Of a DNA stretch of 64,000 bases, positions 43,901 to 56,500 are shown piece after piece (position 1 is the stretch's first letter; each line of letters starts with the position of its first letter). The notes beneath the pieces are model-generated. The model was not told the DNA's origin, searched no databases, and saw only the letters and a program-made list of their open reading frames with translations. The stretch comes from Phoronis australis (Eukaryota > Animalia > Phoronida): positions 62,001 to 126,000 of the forward strand of contig NMRA01000269.1 of assembly GCA_002633005.1 (NCBI GenBank), read 5' to 3'. Made by a program: the position numbers and the translations under genes.

Positions 43901-46900
43901 TCTTCTTGAGAAATTTCGTAAAATTAATTCCAAACTGTAGTTCATTTGAAACCAGAATGATTTTTGCCCTACTTGGCTTTTCCAGTGAGTGGTTCAAACG
44001 AAGTATTTTGCACGCATTTCATATATTTTAGCATAGTATTTGAAACATTGGTTTTATTTCTTGTCCCTTTATCATTTCAGGAAAACACCAAATTGATGTT
44101 ACCTTCTGTGGAGACTCTGCTCCAGGAAGCCCGTTCTACTGCCTGGCCTATAATTTAAGTGCAATAAGAGTAGGTGATATACCTACTGGCTTTGTTGGCA
44201 AGCAAGTAGAATTCACACGTAAGTTGTGTTCAGAGGAAGATCTTTCCTATGCCAAGTGTTTTCAGGGCCATGTCATCATCTTGGATGGGTAATTGCACTC
44301 TCAGTTATCATCTTAGGTTGGTAGTTGGGTTAAGTTGCTTACTTGGGTGAGTAACGAATGAGGTGATGATGGTTTACGAAAAGGTGGCTGACAGCATTAG
44401 AAGAATTCTTTGGTGACACATGAAAAACCAAAATCTTTCACTTCATTTATAGTGTAAATTAGCAATCCTGCCCTGCTGTGTATCGCAAATGAGAAATGCC
44501 AGGTTTGCTTTGTCGGAAAGTTTTTCTGTTTAAATCTTTTCATCAGTGGGTATTGTCAATAATATTCATTTCACCAGTTGCCCTGGGGTATTGAATTTGG
44601 TCTGAATTTGGTTGTGGGTCTGCACCTATTGTGGACGAAAACTGGGCCTATGTTACCAAATGAATGTGCTTATTTTCTTTAATTCCACAGTTGCTGGTTC
44701 CAGTGAGACTTGTGAAGTTAGATTACCAGATCTGCTTAAACTAATATCATGAAAGTTGTGTGACAGTCAGAAGTACGCCTTTGGTGTCTCTAGCAAATCA
44801 CAACACCTGAGAAATGCTTTCTAATCTTTGGTACATTATAAAGATATTTTTGCTTATCAAAGACATTGGGGTATAAACACAGCTGGGACATGTTGAAAGG
44901 GTTTCATCTCTGTTACCCTTGCGCAATAGCCTATATATGGGTGATTCGGTACCATTCTGCATGGTTAGAACGTTTGGTATTTTTTAATGCAAGCATGTGC
45001 AGGGTCTTCGTGTAAATGAATCATGCTGATTCAGTTTGTTATCATATGTCATGAAAATGCAAATAGCGAGTTGTGCCTTGAAAACTAACCATGACAGCTG
45101 TTCCCCATGTAAAAACGGCTTTAGACCACAATTTTGTCTTGCAGTAGGTTCATGTGTTTATGGCAATAGCAGATGTGTGAGGGTGCCATTTGATGTTACC
45201 AATGAAACACTATTGTGTCGTTGGCCATATATATAAAATGTATTGTAATGTTGAAAAATGCTTTTGGAATTATACTAATTCGGTCGTTACTAGCTTGGTC
45301 CTCTAATGGTTGTGTTTTATTTCAGTGGACGTTAGTAATGCTGGTGAAGGAAAGGTTGAAATACAAGTCAACGGGGCCACAGTTCCCAACACTGTTGAAG
45401 AATTAAGACCCAACATGTTTGCTGTAAGATTTGTTCCTACTGAGTGCATCAGTCACCTTATTGATATCAAGTTCAACGACGAAATGGTACCTGGTAAGAT
45501 ATTCAAGTAGCAGAATTGTACATGTTAGTTTCTTGTATCGATAACGTGACCAAATTTCATTTGATATAAATGTTCAAGATGAAGTCTAAAAACTGCTGTT
45601 ACAGTTTTCTAAATCGTCATTTCGTTTACGTTCTATACAACTAGGAACAGGTTATAGTAAGTTTTATCACACTGGCAAAGCATAGTCCAAAATTCGCACA
45701 TGGGCAGTTGGTGATGCTTGATTACTTTGTAATTTTGCATACTATTACGTAAGTCTGTGTATTTCGCATTCAACTTTATCCGGAAAATATATTTTCGAGT
45801 GTGGCCGTTTAGCTGGACATGGGTTTTTATGAGGATGAGTATCCACGCTTCAACTAATAATAAGAAATAATTTAATTTTTTCTTGTCTTGTAGTTGTGAC
45901 TTATATTGTATTTCACTCTTAAATGTATATGTTATTTAAACTGGATTGTTAGTAAATTTTCATCTCTTCTTTTTAGGTTCTCCATTTATATGCAATGTGG
46001 TCGATCCTGGAAAAGCCTCTATAATTGGATTGGTGGACAAAATATTTCCTGTTAACACTCCAAGTTTATTCAAAATTGATGCTCCTGGAATTGGCGATGA
46101 TAAGTTTAATGTTACTGTAACAGGTACTATGCTAGAAAATTCCAGCTATGTTGAATGGGCTGACAAAATTTTCAATCAATGACCATTTTCCATCTGCATT
46201 CTTGCCAATTACACCGTCTTGTTCTTTCGCTAAAGGAAATGGTTATTTGCACTCTGTGAAGGACCTAGTACAGGTAAAAACTGACCATGGGATTATGTTG
46301 GCCTGAAGGTTGAACTTTACTAATGGAAACACCATAGGGCCCCAATGAATTTAGTCTTGCTGCTTGGTAACCTATGCAATCCTTTTATGTCACCTAATTG
46401 TGTCTTAAAACTATTGGCGTGTTGAGTGTTGGCAGGGGATGGGGGTAATTGATACTTGAGCATCAGGTGATGGAGTTACTTGGGCTTGGTTTTGAATTTT
46501 AATCTGTACTAGGTCCCTCATGCTTCTTTTCTGTTTGAATAGACTGATCAATTTGCCCTCTGCTGTAGAGTTATCCCCCTTTTGCTAATGCTGAACACCA
46601 TTGGGTTTCCTGATGTTTTCAGTGCCTCAATGGAGACGTGTCTGGTAATCATTGAACGGCAGCTTAAGAATGGCAGCCTCCTTTGAATGGCACGTGGCAT
46701 TGTCTATACTAATTGTTGTGTTCTTGTCATTGGGACCAGAAATAAAATATTTTGACAGGGATGTTCTAATTGATTTCAATGTCCGTTTGTAATTGAAAGC
46801 TTTTTGTATGTTTTCGTGTAATTTTGTGTTCAAGGTCATGCATCCTTTCATTTTTCCAATTAACATCGGTTTTTGTATGCAATAATGGGCCACTTGATAT

Positions 46901-49900
46901 GCACTAGGTGGCGCTGATATAGGTTTTTTTGACATCGGAATATATTGAAAGCATGAAGCAATTCATTTGCATGGGTTTACTTTTACTTTTACATGATTTA
47001 CCTGAATCCAGGTATTTCTAAGGGATTGACTCTCTCTTTACTTGTGACACCAAGTGAATATCAAGTTCCCATTGTCAGTTGTTCTTTACACACTCTGTTA
47101 GTTTGGGAGGGCTAAAGCAAGGCATTATTTATTACGCACAACATAACTCCATACCTTAGCTTTGGTAGCAGTCATTCCTTCTTGTATGCTGGTGTTGTGA
47201 ATGTCTGTGAATAAATGGTGTGCTACCTCTGAGGATTTGTGTGGGCTTGACGTGATTGTATCTTGTGATAAGTGTGAAAAACTGGATGTGAAATGTGTGG
47301 CACCGGTATTGAACGTGATTGTTAGTTTGATTTTGGATATTTCAGTGTTCATTTAACATGTTCACGAATTGATGATATTGAGAAATGTGATGATTTATGT
47401 GCAAACACTTCGAGTGTCATTGTCCAGTTGTGAATCGTGTGTTCAAATGTGATAAAATTGTGTCAAAAAGTCTATGGATTATCTGTTGTGTCCTCCTTTC
47501 TTAATTTCATCTTGCATGTCTAGTTAATTGCATGTCAATTCTTATTTTGAGTGTTGTAGTATCCAGAACCCTCAGTCCTTGTTTGCCGTTGGTGGTGACC
47601 TGACCTTTGTTGGGGTTAGAGGTTAGACTGCCTCTCCTGGTTTGTCTTTTGAACTTTACAGTTGTTAGTAATTTATTTTTCTTTTGCACAGATTATTTTC
47701 CCAACAGCACTTAGTTAATTTCTTTTCACTTTTTATTGAACTCTTTTATAGTTTTGTTTGTTAACACCATAAATTCTTTCTCTAACCCTTAGTACGAAAT
47801 TTCAATAAACCTCATTCTTAGCTCTCTGTGTTCTTTTACTTTCTCTTGAATTCAATATTGCAGTCCTTCAATCCTTTGAAAACTATTTTGTCTCATTAGC
47901 TCCCAGTGGTAAAGCAGTGCCAACTAACATCACAAGACAAGATCACGCGCAGGTGGTCAATTACACTCCACCAGAGGTCGGTAAGTATTACTTCCATTAA
48001 CTGATCAGATTTTAGATTAAAATTATGTTAAAGCCTTGCTCAACCCCAAACTAGGTAGATGACAGGTTGACAGCAGCATTAACGCAATAATGAGGATTAA
48101 TTCATTTATTCTAAATATATGTTTAATTGCATGGTTAAAGCTCTGTCTAATATGCGACTTTAAGTAATGAAATAAATTCTATAAAGATATCACAGAAATA
48201 TACAGATGAGTTTGGAAATAAATAATTAACTACATATGAAGCAAATTCATAACCATTTAACACTCATCCTTAGTTTGGGTTACGTTGGGTAGACCAAGCA
48301 TGAAAAGTGAGATCATCCATGACCATGCAAAATTGCAAGACTATGCTGGTGAAACCTAGATAAGTGGCAACCACTGAAGTGAATGGTTATTAGGCTGGAT
48401 TGTTGAATTATGGGGTAAATTTCATAAATGATACAACAGACATCACTCTTTCTATTCCATGAAAAGGAAGATTTCACACCACAATATCAACAGCCAATAC
48501 AATAACAAATGGCAGCACAAAATGTTTCGTACAAGTTAAAATTTATCCGTTCATACAAGTACTGTACGCTCGCGGATTAACACCCTGGGCGCATAATTTG
48601 GGAAACCCTGAGAAAGGGGGGTGTGTGATTACCGAACAGTGGGCCCTTACATCGAAATATGGCGAGTCGGGGGTGGATGGTTACCCATCCATGGGCGTTA
48701 ACTCGCGAGTTTATGGTATCTATAATTACATATTGCTTGTGATGTTCACTGTCTTTAAACAGTTTGTTTGGCAACAATCTCTTTTGGTTTGTACATTCTT
48801 ATAACCCTTGATGTTAAATGTGTATTCTAGGTACATACACTGTTGAAGTGGATTATGATGGTGTTCCTGTGGAAGGAAGTCCTTTCCATCCAAAAGCCCA
48901 TGATCCCAGCAAAGTTGTCGTTAGTGACTTTGTCACAGGCGGTGTCGGAAAAACGGGTTCATTCATTGGTAAGATTTGTGGCCTTCAATTTTAAGTAGTT
49001 GGAAATTCCTTGTTAAATCTTGTTATCTATGACATAATCTTTAGATATTATCCGTAACTGACACTTCAAAACAATAGAAAGCATTTTCTGGGGCATTGTT
49101 TAAAGTTGTCTGGTGCTCTTGAAATACCAAAGGGCTTCAGTTAGAATTGCATTGAAGCATGTCATCAGTATTTCATGGATGGATTATGTCTGCCAGGAAA
49201 GTTAGTTTTGTATGCTTTTGAACTTGTGGATAGTTGGAAACAAGTCTTTTACATAGTGCAGAAACTAAAAAATTTGTCAGTTCTTCTGTGGAGTTTACAC
49301 ATGCAAAGAAACTGAAAACATTTAAAACTTTGTAAACAAACAGTTGTGCTGGTTTCCATGTTTTGCAAGATACTATTGGATGTAGCTAGCTACAATGGCC
49401 ATAACCAACACTGTCAGTTGGATGAAATTCAGCCTTAGGCCAAACTCCAAAATTGTCATAAAACTTGTGAAGGCTTTGCCCAACTGACTGAAATGAGCTC
49501 ATCAAATACTGATGACAATCAGTCAAATGTTCGTGATTCTGTGTTTCCCTGGATCAAGAAGACAAATATTATGGATACTGATTGTTTGAAGGGGAGGGAT
49601 ACATTTGGTTTATTAGGGCCCAAAATTACATTTTTGGATTATTTTTAGATGGGATAGACTTCTTGAAGTTACTGACCTTGAACAGAGCTATGAAACAGAA
49701 AATTATTGTGTTTTTGTGCTTTTATCAGAAATCACATGTTCTTACCATTGCGCTCTTGCCGTTTGCTGAATTTAACCAAAATCGTGGGCAGTGTCTTTCA
49801 GTTAAATGTGCTTAAACTACCCAGCTACTTGGAGAATCACCTAGCAAAGACTTGACTGTGGCTGGTGAGGCCGAGACTTTGAAACCGTCTTGTTGTTGAT

Positions 49901-52900
49901 CTCAAATAAACGGTATTTTTGCCAAGTGCGTTACATTAAGTCTGAGGTCCATACTGTACTTAGACCTTTTCCCATCATGTTTAATCTTATACCAACGAAG
50001 CGTCAACGTAAACTGCAAAATCAACTCATGAGACATTGGATTTATCACTATAGTGATCATTATAGCCAGGTACTGTAATATGACCTTCACCCTTTTCACA
50101 GAAGTAAACTGTGTTGAGCTTTCCCACTGTAGCGACGTGTCAACGCTTTAAATCCACTTGCGAAGTAAATTTAAGCTGTAAACTTTGACCAAAGACCAAA
50201 TTTAAGTGTTCGCTCTGCTAGCTGCTCCCCTAAGCAGAGAAGTGTCTACGTTAACTTTGTAAGAACAACCTCTATTGCTGTTTGCCACTTAACCAAGGCT
50301 CCTATTTGTAGTCTATTTGTATCCGATCTGTTTTAGTGTTGTGCACTCGAACAGATACCATTGAGGTTGAATTGAACTGTGTCCCCCCTCAGTTAAATAC
50401 TTCAGCACGGTATCTCTGTTGTGCATAGAAAAAGAATTGACCATGATTGGATTGGGGCATTTCTGTCGTGTACTAAAAGCTGAGGCACTCTGTGCATGTA
50501 TTATCTGCACAGTGTCACTATATTGCTCGGAGGTTTTCATCTCGTTAATGACCCTTCTCACTATTGCAAGAACATTGTCCGTGTTTTCGTACTGCACGCC
50601 ATAGAATAAAAGGTTGTAGTTACAGCTGCGAGCTTCATCGAAATAGATTCTTTGCTGTAACTTCTTTACTATTTTATTTAAATGTTCTATCTTTGTGTGC
50701 TTTGCAACAGTACTTTCAGTCTCATGAAGGGCAACCATCACAATGTCTATTTTATCCTACAGCATTTTAGTACACTAGTCAATTTTATCCAATTAGTTTT
50801 TCTCATTTTTCATTGGAATTTCCTTCAGTTCTTCAAACATATGACCCATTTCATCTACTTGCGACATGGCACCGGTGCACCTTTTACTGACTTGCATATT
50901 CACTGCGAAGTGTTAGCATGTGGTTATACTGACAGAGCTTAGAAAAACACGTCCGCCATAAGTCGGAGCGAAGCCGGAAGTCGTAATCTGTCAAATCTTG
51001 GAATCAATTCTCACTTTATGTGGATTCTTATGGAAGCGTGCAATTTCCCAAAGTGATTTTATGTCCAAAAATCCCACGGTGGGTCTCTTTTGGAAAAAGT
51101 GCTGGAGCTCTTTCGAAAACTATGTTTCTAGCAGCAACATCCTGTTTGGCCATGGACTTAAAAATGCCGCATAAGTTTCACTTTGCCACCAACCAGAAGA
51201 GATGTCAGGCAACGATTTTGACAAGTGATCCAGTTAGAATAATATAACAGTCTTTTTAAGGAGCAAAATTGGAGAAATTAAGGACATCTTCCCTCAGTTT
51301 CTACCCATGCCCATCATGCGAAACATTGTCGAAAGAATCCCTGTGAGAGATTTTTCAAATGTCATTTTTGATGTCAGCGAGTTGTTGGTGAACGCTTTTT
51401 CAGAAATCCCCAGTACCAGTTCGCTCTGTTTAGTTTTGCTGAAAACAGCTGTTATGCTGTTGTGGCAACTGTATCACCTCTTTTCAAACTGAAGTTTGCA
51501 TATTTGTATCAAATCTCAAAATTTGCATGCCCAGTAATAGGACATTTTGACCATTCTGTTTTTTTTTCAGAAAAAATTCTGTCTTGATAGTGCAATATTA
51601 AAATAAAGGCTTTCAGTTGTTTAGGTTACTTGGCTAATTTTCAACTTTTATAGTCATTCACAAATCAGTTGTGCTTTTTCTTTTTCTTTTTCTATGCACG
51701 AGATCCTATGGAAAACGTCTTATTGGTAGTGTGGGAACTGAAACATTCTATTTTGGTCATATGATAAAAAATCTTGCATTCCTATTGTGCCCTTTACAAT
51801 TATTAGTAATATCATATTCGCTTTCTGGACATGACCTTATGACATTGAGTATTATGCGTTAATGTATTTAAATTGATGCATTAATGTATTTAAATGAGGC
51901 ATACGATCTAAAACCTGTCGTAGTATGTGTGTATCTGCGTGACTGGCATGGTCACGATATGCTATCAACATGCCTGGGTTGGTGAGCACACAGGCTGCAA
52001 TGGTTTCCACAAGAGGGGATTCTGACAGGGAGAGGCATAGTGTTGTTTATCTGGATGCAGGTCAACTAAAGAATGTTTCCACTACAGTGGACGTCAATGT
52101 TCCCCATTCTTCATCTCTGTCCACATCAGGTGAATGGGTGAATAGGAGTTCTTCTCATTACACAAACCATTCATCCCAACTGCATCAGGGTACCTGGGAC
52201 ACTGGCTATAGAAATGTTTTGTACACTGACACTCCCAAATCGTATCCTGTTGCATCTGCTTCATTTAGCCGCAGTTTACCGGATATCTCTCGCGTTAGTC
52301 AAATCAGGAGTCCGGACATCTTTAGGCCCAGCCTGCTAGTTTCAGCTTTGTTACCACCGGATGTGTTAAAGACTTCGCCAGTTGCCTATTCGGGATCTAT
52401 GAAGAATGTGTATTTAGTACAAGCAAGCTTAGGAGATGATGTTTGGCAAAGTTCTAGCCATGTGTTAGGGAAACGGTCGTCACTCCGTAGCTCAGTTGAG
52501 AAGATCAAGCATCAGGGATTGTCACCGAGCATGACGACAGTGGACAACCTAAATAGGACCAGCAGCATTGTCTACATGGATGGCCTGCAAGATCGAAAGC
52601 CCAGCAAACCGAAGGAGGTCTTCTACGTGAAAAATCTCAATAACAAACCTCGTTATGAGGTCATTAATCGAAGTAGCATTAACTATCGAGGCAGTGTCAA
52701 ACAGGGTGAGTTATATTTTGTCAATTGGAAGTATTCTGAAATTTTTCAGTCGATGCTAGTCAAGCAGGGGAGGGTTCCATGGAGATATCTGTCAGTGTAA
52801 ATGGCGCTAACATCGAAAACCGGGTATCGGCAGCTGGCAAAGCCAGATATAAAGTGGAATTTACACCGAAAATTGCCGCTCCTCATGTGGCAGCCGTCGT

Positions 52901-53512
52901 ATACAATGAGGTGCATGTTCCAGGTAAGGAAATGTGGATGAGTATGATTAAACGTTGATTTCATTGAATCTCAGGGTGAATCACACCTCAATGCCTCCAT
53001 TTTGGGGCCGAATATCATCCCCATTCCCCTCTGAAAATGTTTGAAATTGGGCTAAATTGTGCTCTTTTGGTCCAAAATTAACCCGTCAATGATTAAAATG
53101 AGTCAAAAGGTTAGGATCATGCTTGGGTACTTGAGGCATTTCCAGTGAGGGTGGTGACTGGGGCGAGGGTGGCATTGGTAGTGAAGGGAGAGTTCATCCT
53201 CAACCCCCCATAAAATTCCTATCTCGTACGGCACATTTCCCCTCAGGTGAGTGAGGGTGGTGTAAATATAAAAATGACTGGTGCAACAGTGTGGGGTGTG
53301 GCAAACCTAGGACAGACTGGGTGGATCATCATGTGGGGGACATTTAACATGGATCTTTTGTTGCTCAGCTTGTCCTTATTGTGTAGGTGTGCTGGGAGTG
53401 GTTCTTTTCAAATGCTTAACAGTAGTTTCAGTATCAACTTCTGGTTAACCATCATTGTCTTTTTGCATAGCCATGCAAGTCGGTAGTAAATAATTATTCA
53501 TTGACATTATTC

Positions 53513-53559
<47 letters not shown>

Positions 53560-56500
53560 GTTATTATCATTATTTTTATCATCATTATTATTATTATCGT
53601 TACTGTTATTATTATCGTTACTGTTATTATTATCATTACTGTTATAATTATTATTGTTTTTGATCCCGTGTGTTGCCCTTGAGAAATTTAATTGAATATT
53701 AAATTAATTTTTGTGAATTCTGTTGAATAAGTGTCAAAAGCGACCTCTGGTATGAACATGAATAAGGGGTTGACTGTTTTAACAAAAGAGGGTGGAGACG
53801 GAATTTCCCTCTCTGCTAACTGAACATGTATGAATACATTATCCCTATTTCTTTGGACTGACCTTTTTCATGTCTCTTGTTACAATCAAGGTGCATTTTC
53901 AATTAGCTTTTTAATTGAGTGAATCTCAATCTGCACATGTCTTTTATCTAAGATGTCTTTGATTTTTTAAGTCACATTTTTGTTTAATACTGTAAAATGC
54001 ACATAGTTGGTATGAAGTGAAATTAGTGTGTACATGTGATGTATGGATGTCCTATTAGTGTTACCGCCTCAAGCATTGTTATTGTTGAATACATCACTCA
54101 CTGCATGTAGCCTGAGAGGGATTGGGAAAACTTGTTTGACAAGTAGTGGTTACATACTCCCTGTTCATTGACCTGGAAATAACTGGCTTGTAAGCCAAAG
54201 TTTATAGGTTGTGGTCAGAGTTGTAGCAATTCCAATTATTGAATATTGTGTGAGATTCAAAATAATTTTTTAGCATGGGAACCTAAGTTAGTTTTTCTTA
54301 AAATTACAGTCAGTCATCAAGAACTGCTACATTAACATTCGTTTGGACGGTTGTTGGTAAAATGATTCCATAATGAAAATTCCCTTTCCTCACATGGAAA
54401 ACAAGCTTTTTGTGACATGTTTCATACAAATCTGAGGCAATTATCATTTCTGCAAAATTTTCGGCTTCATTCTTATTTTTAATTGTCAGCAGACAAAACC
54501 AAGAAACAATCGAACAAAATTAGTTATTTCTAGGCAACTTTATGCAGAATGAATATGCACACATTTTTGTGCGGCAACCAGTGAAAACAGTGATTTACTA
54601 TTTCCCTTTCTGTGATACATTAATTTAAAAACATCTTTATTTTTGAAATGATTGCAAACTTTTAGATCAGTTTGTGCTCTGACATTCATTTTCACCTGTT
54701 GAAAACATTGTTGAGACGTTACGCAGCTTCAACTTAAATCCAAAAAGGTTTTTAGGCCTCAGTATGATGTTGCCAGCTGTCAAATAGCCGTTTCTAGTAC
54801 CAAAACGCCAAGTCAAAACATTTGGATCTGCAAATTGTCATAAAATTTTAATATTAGGCCCTAGCATTCTGTTCATGGGTCTTGACTGATCCCTTACTCA
54901 GGTACTGAGATTGCAAAGAATAGGGTCATCCCAGATTACAAAGCAACACTCGAATCTGGCTGTGTTTACCCACAAATGTTGAAAACATCTGTCGGGCACT
55001 TTGCTGCCTCGTTTTTGTGCCACTGGAGTTACACATGTTATTTGTTGTTGTCTGATTCTTTACAAGTTTTTTGTCAGTTGCATAACTCTATTCGTCCTCT
55101 CAATGCCAACAAAGTATTGCTGCTGTGCTACGTGGGCTGCAACTTCGACATGAAAAAGTTTGATAAACCAGAAAAATTCCTGTGGATGCACGATCTGAAA
55201 TTCTTCCCCTTCCCGACATCAATGAAAGATACAAAAACGTGCCTGATTTCCAAAACTACGTCACACACTTTCTTATCTCCGGGACAAAGGAGAGTTCTGT
55301 TGCTGTGTAATCCGGGGCGGCCCTGTTAAATTGGTGTTATCTTGTTCATTACTCAGATGAGAATTTGTTTGTGGACTTCGATAGAACTGACAGTTTGTTG
55401 CTCCTTGAGATATCTGGTCACATAAAATTATACACTGTGATATCGTAAGCCAAGTTGTGGAGCCTGGCCTCTAGCAATAACAAACTGCTAGTTGTTTCAA
55501 GGCCCAGGAATCATCTAATTTGACTAAGGAACAATATGAGAGTAGTTTCATCAGGGCGAGTCATTTAGAAGTAAGTCGTGGTGACAATTGGCAGGTTAGT
55601 CGTGGCAGTCTTTAGTCTTAAAACAGTCACATACACAAATAAGCCTGGATGCTGCATGTGTATTTTCTAGAACACTAAAAGGCTTTAAAATACCATAAAC
55701 AGAATGTTGATGGGTAATGCCAAAATATCCAACTTCATTTTAGTTTTTGTCTGAAATGAAAGAAGTTTGACATCCGGCGGTTTCATAATTTTCCGTCATG
55801 AATGTTTTTGAGTTCGTGGTGTTGGTTTTTTCTTCTGAACTTGTTGATTCTCCATTTCAGGAAGTCCATTCACAATGGCTCCTCAGCCAGTATCACGACC
55901 AGAAATGGTCCAAATCTCTGGCCACGAGGTGGCGCATACGCATAAGAATGCAGAGTTCCTAGTTGATACAAGACAAGCTGGTCCCGGTGACCTTGTGGTT
56001 CACGTGAGAGGTACCCAGTGAATAAGGGACGATGCCAGATTTACCCTGGTCCCAAAACAAATTTCTTGAGCCCATTACCAAACCAAGTCATCTAATGTAG
56101 TAGACTATTTTTAAAGGGTTTATTGTTTACTGTTTGCTTTGTAGTAGCATACCTTACCAACACCTTTTGACAGTTAAGCTATATTGGCTTTAAATTTGTC
56201 CTCTATCTTAGTCTTTTTTTAAATCAAAAGAATAGATTTAGAACTCGAACTAATGATAATTTTATAAGTTTTAGTTTTAGATTTGAAACTGTTATTGTGT
56301 TAAAATGACAAGATGTTTGTTGTGAGAAACGTTGTGTTTCGGAGTATGTCCGGGTTGTATGCGCTCGTGGTGTGAATGTAGCGAAAGATTTTGAGAGCGT
56401 TATTCGTATTGAACGAGAGTGATGTGTTGCCTCCCATCTGTCTGAATTCTATTTCAAACTTCTACCTCCAACATTCCATCACGTGTTTCTCTGGCATGCA

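Noticed and set aside
46901-46916. CTCF-like motif GCACTAGGTGGCGCTG
   Set aside because: A single short match in 64 kb is not supportable without binding or conservation data.
53445-53636. Poly-Ile ORF resembling a transmembrane peptide
   Set aside because: Translation of the (ATT)n microsatellite.
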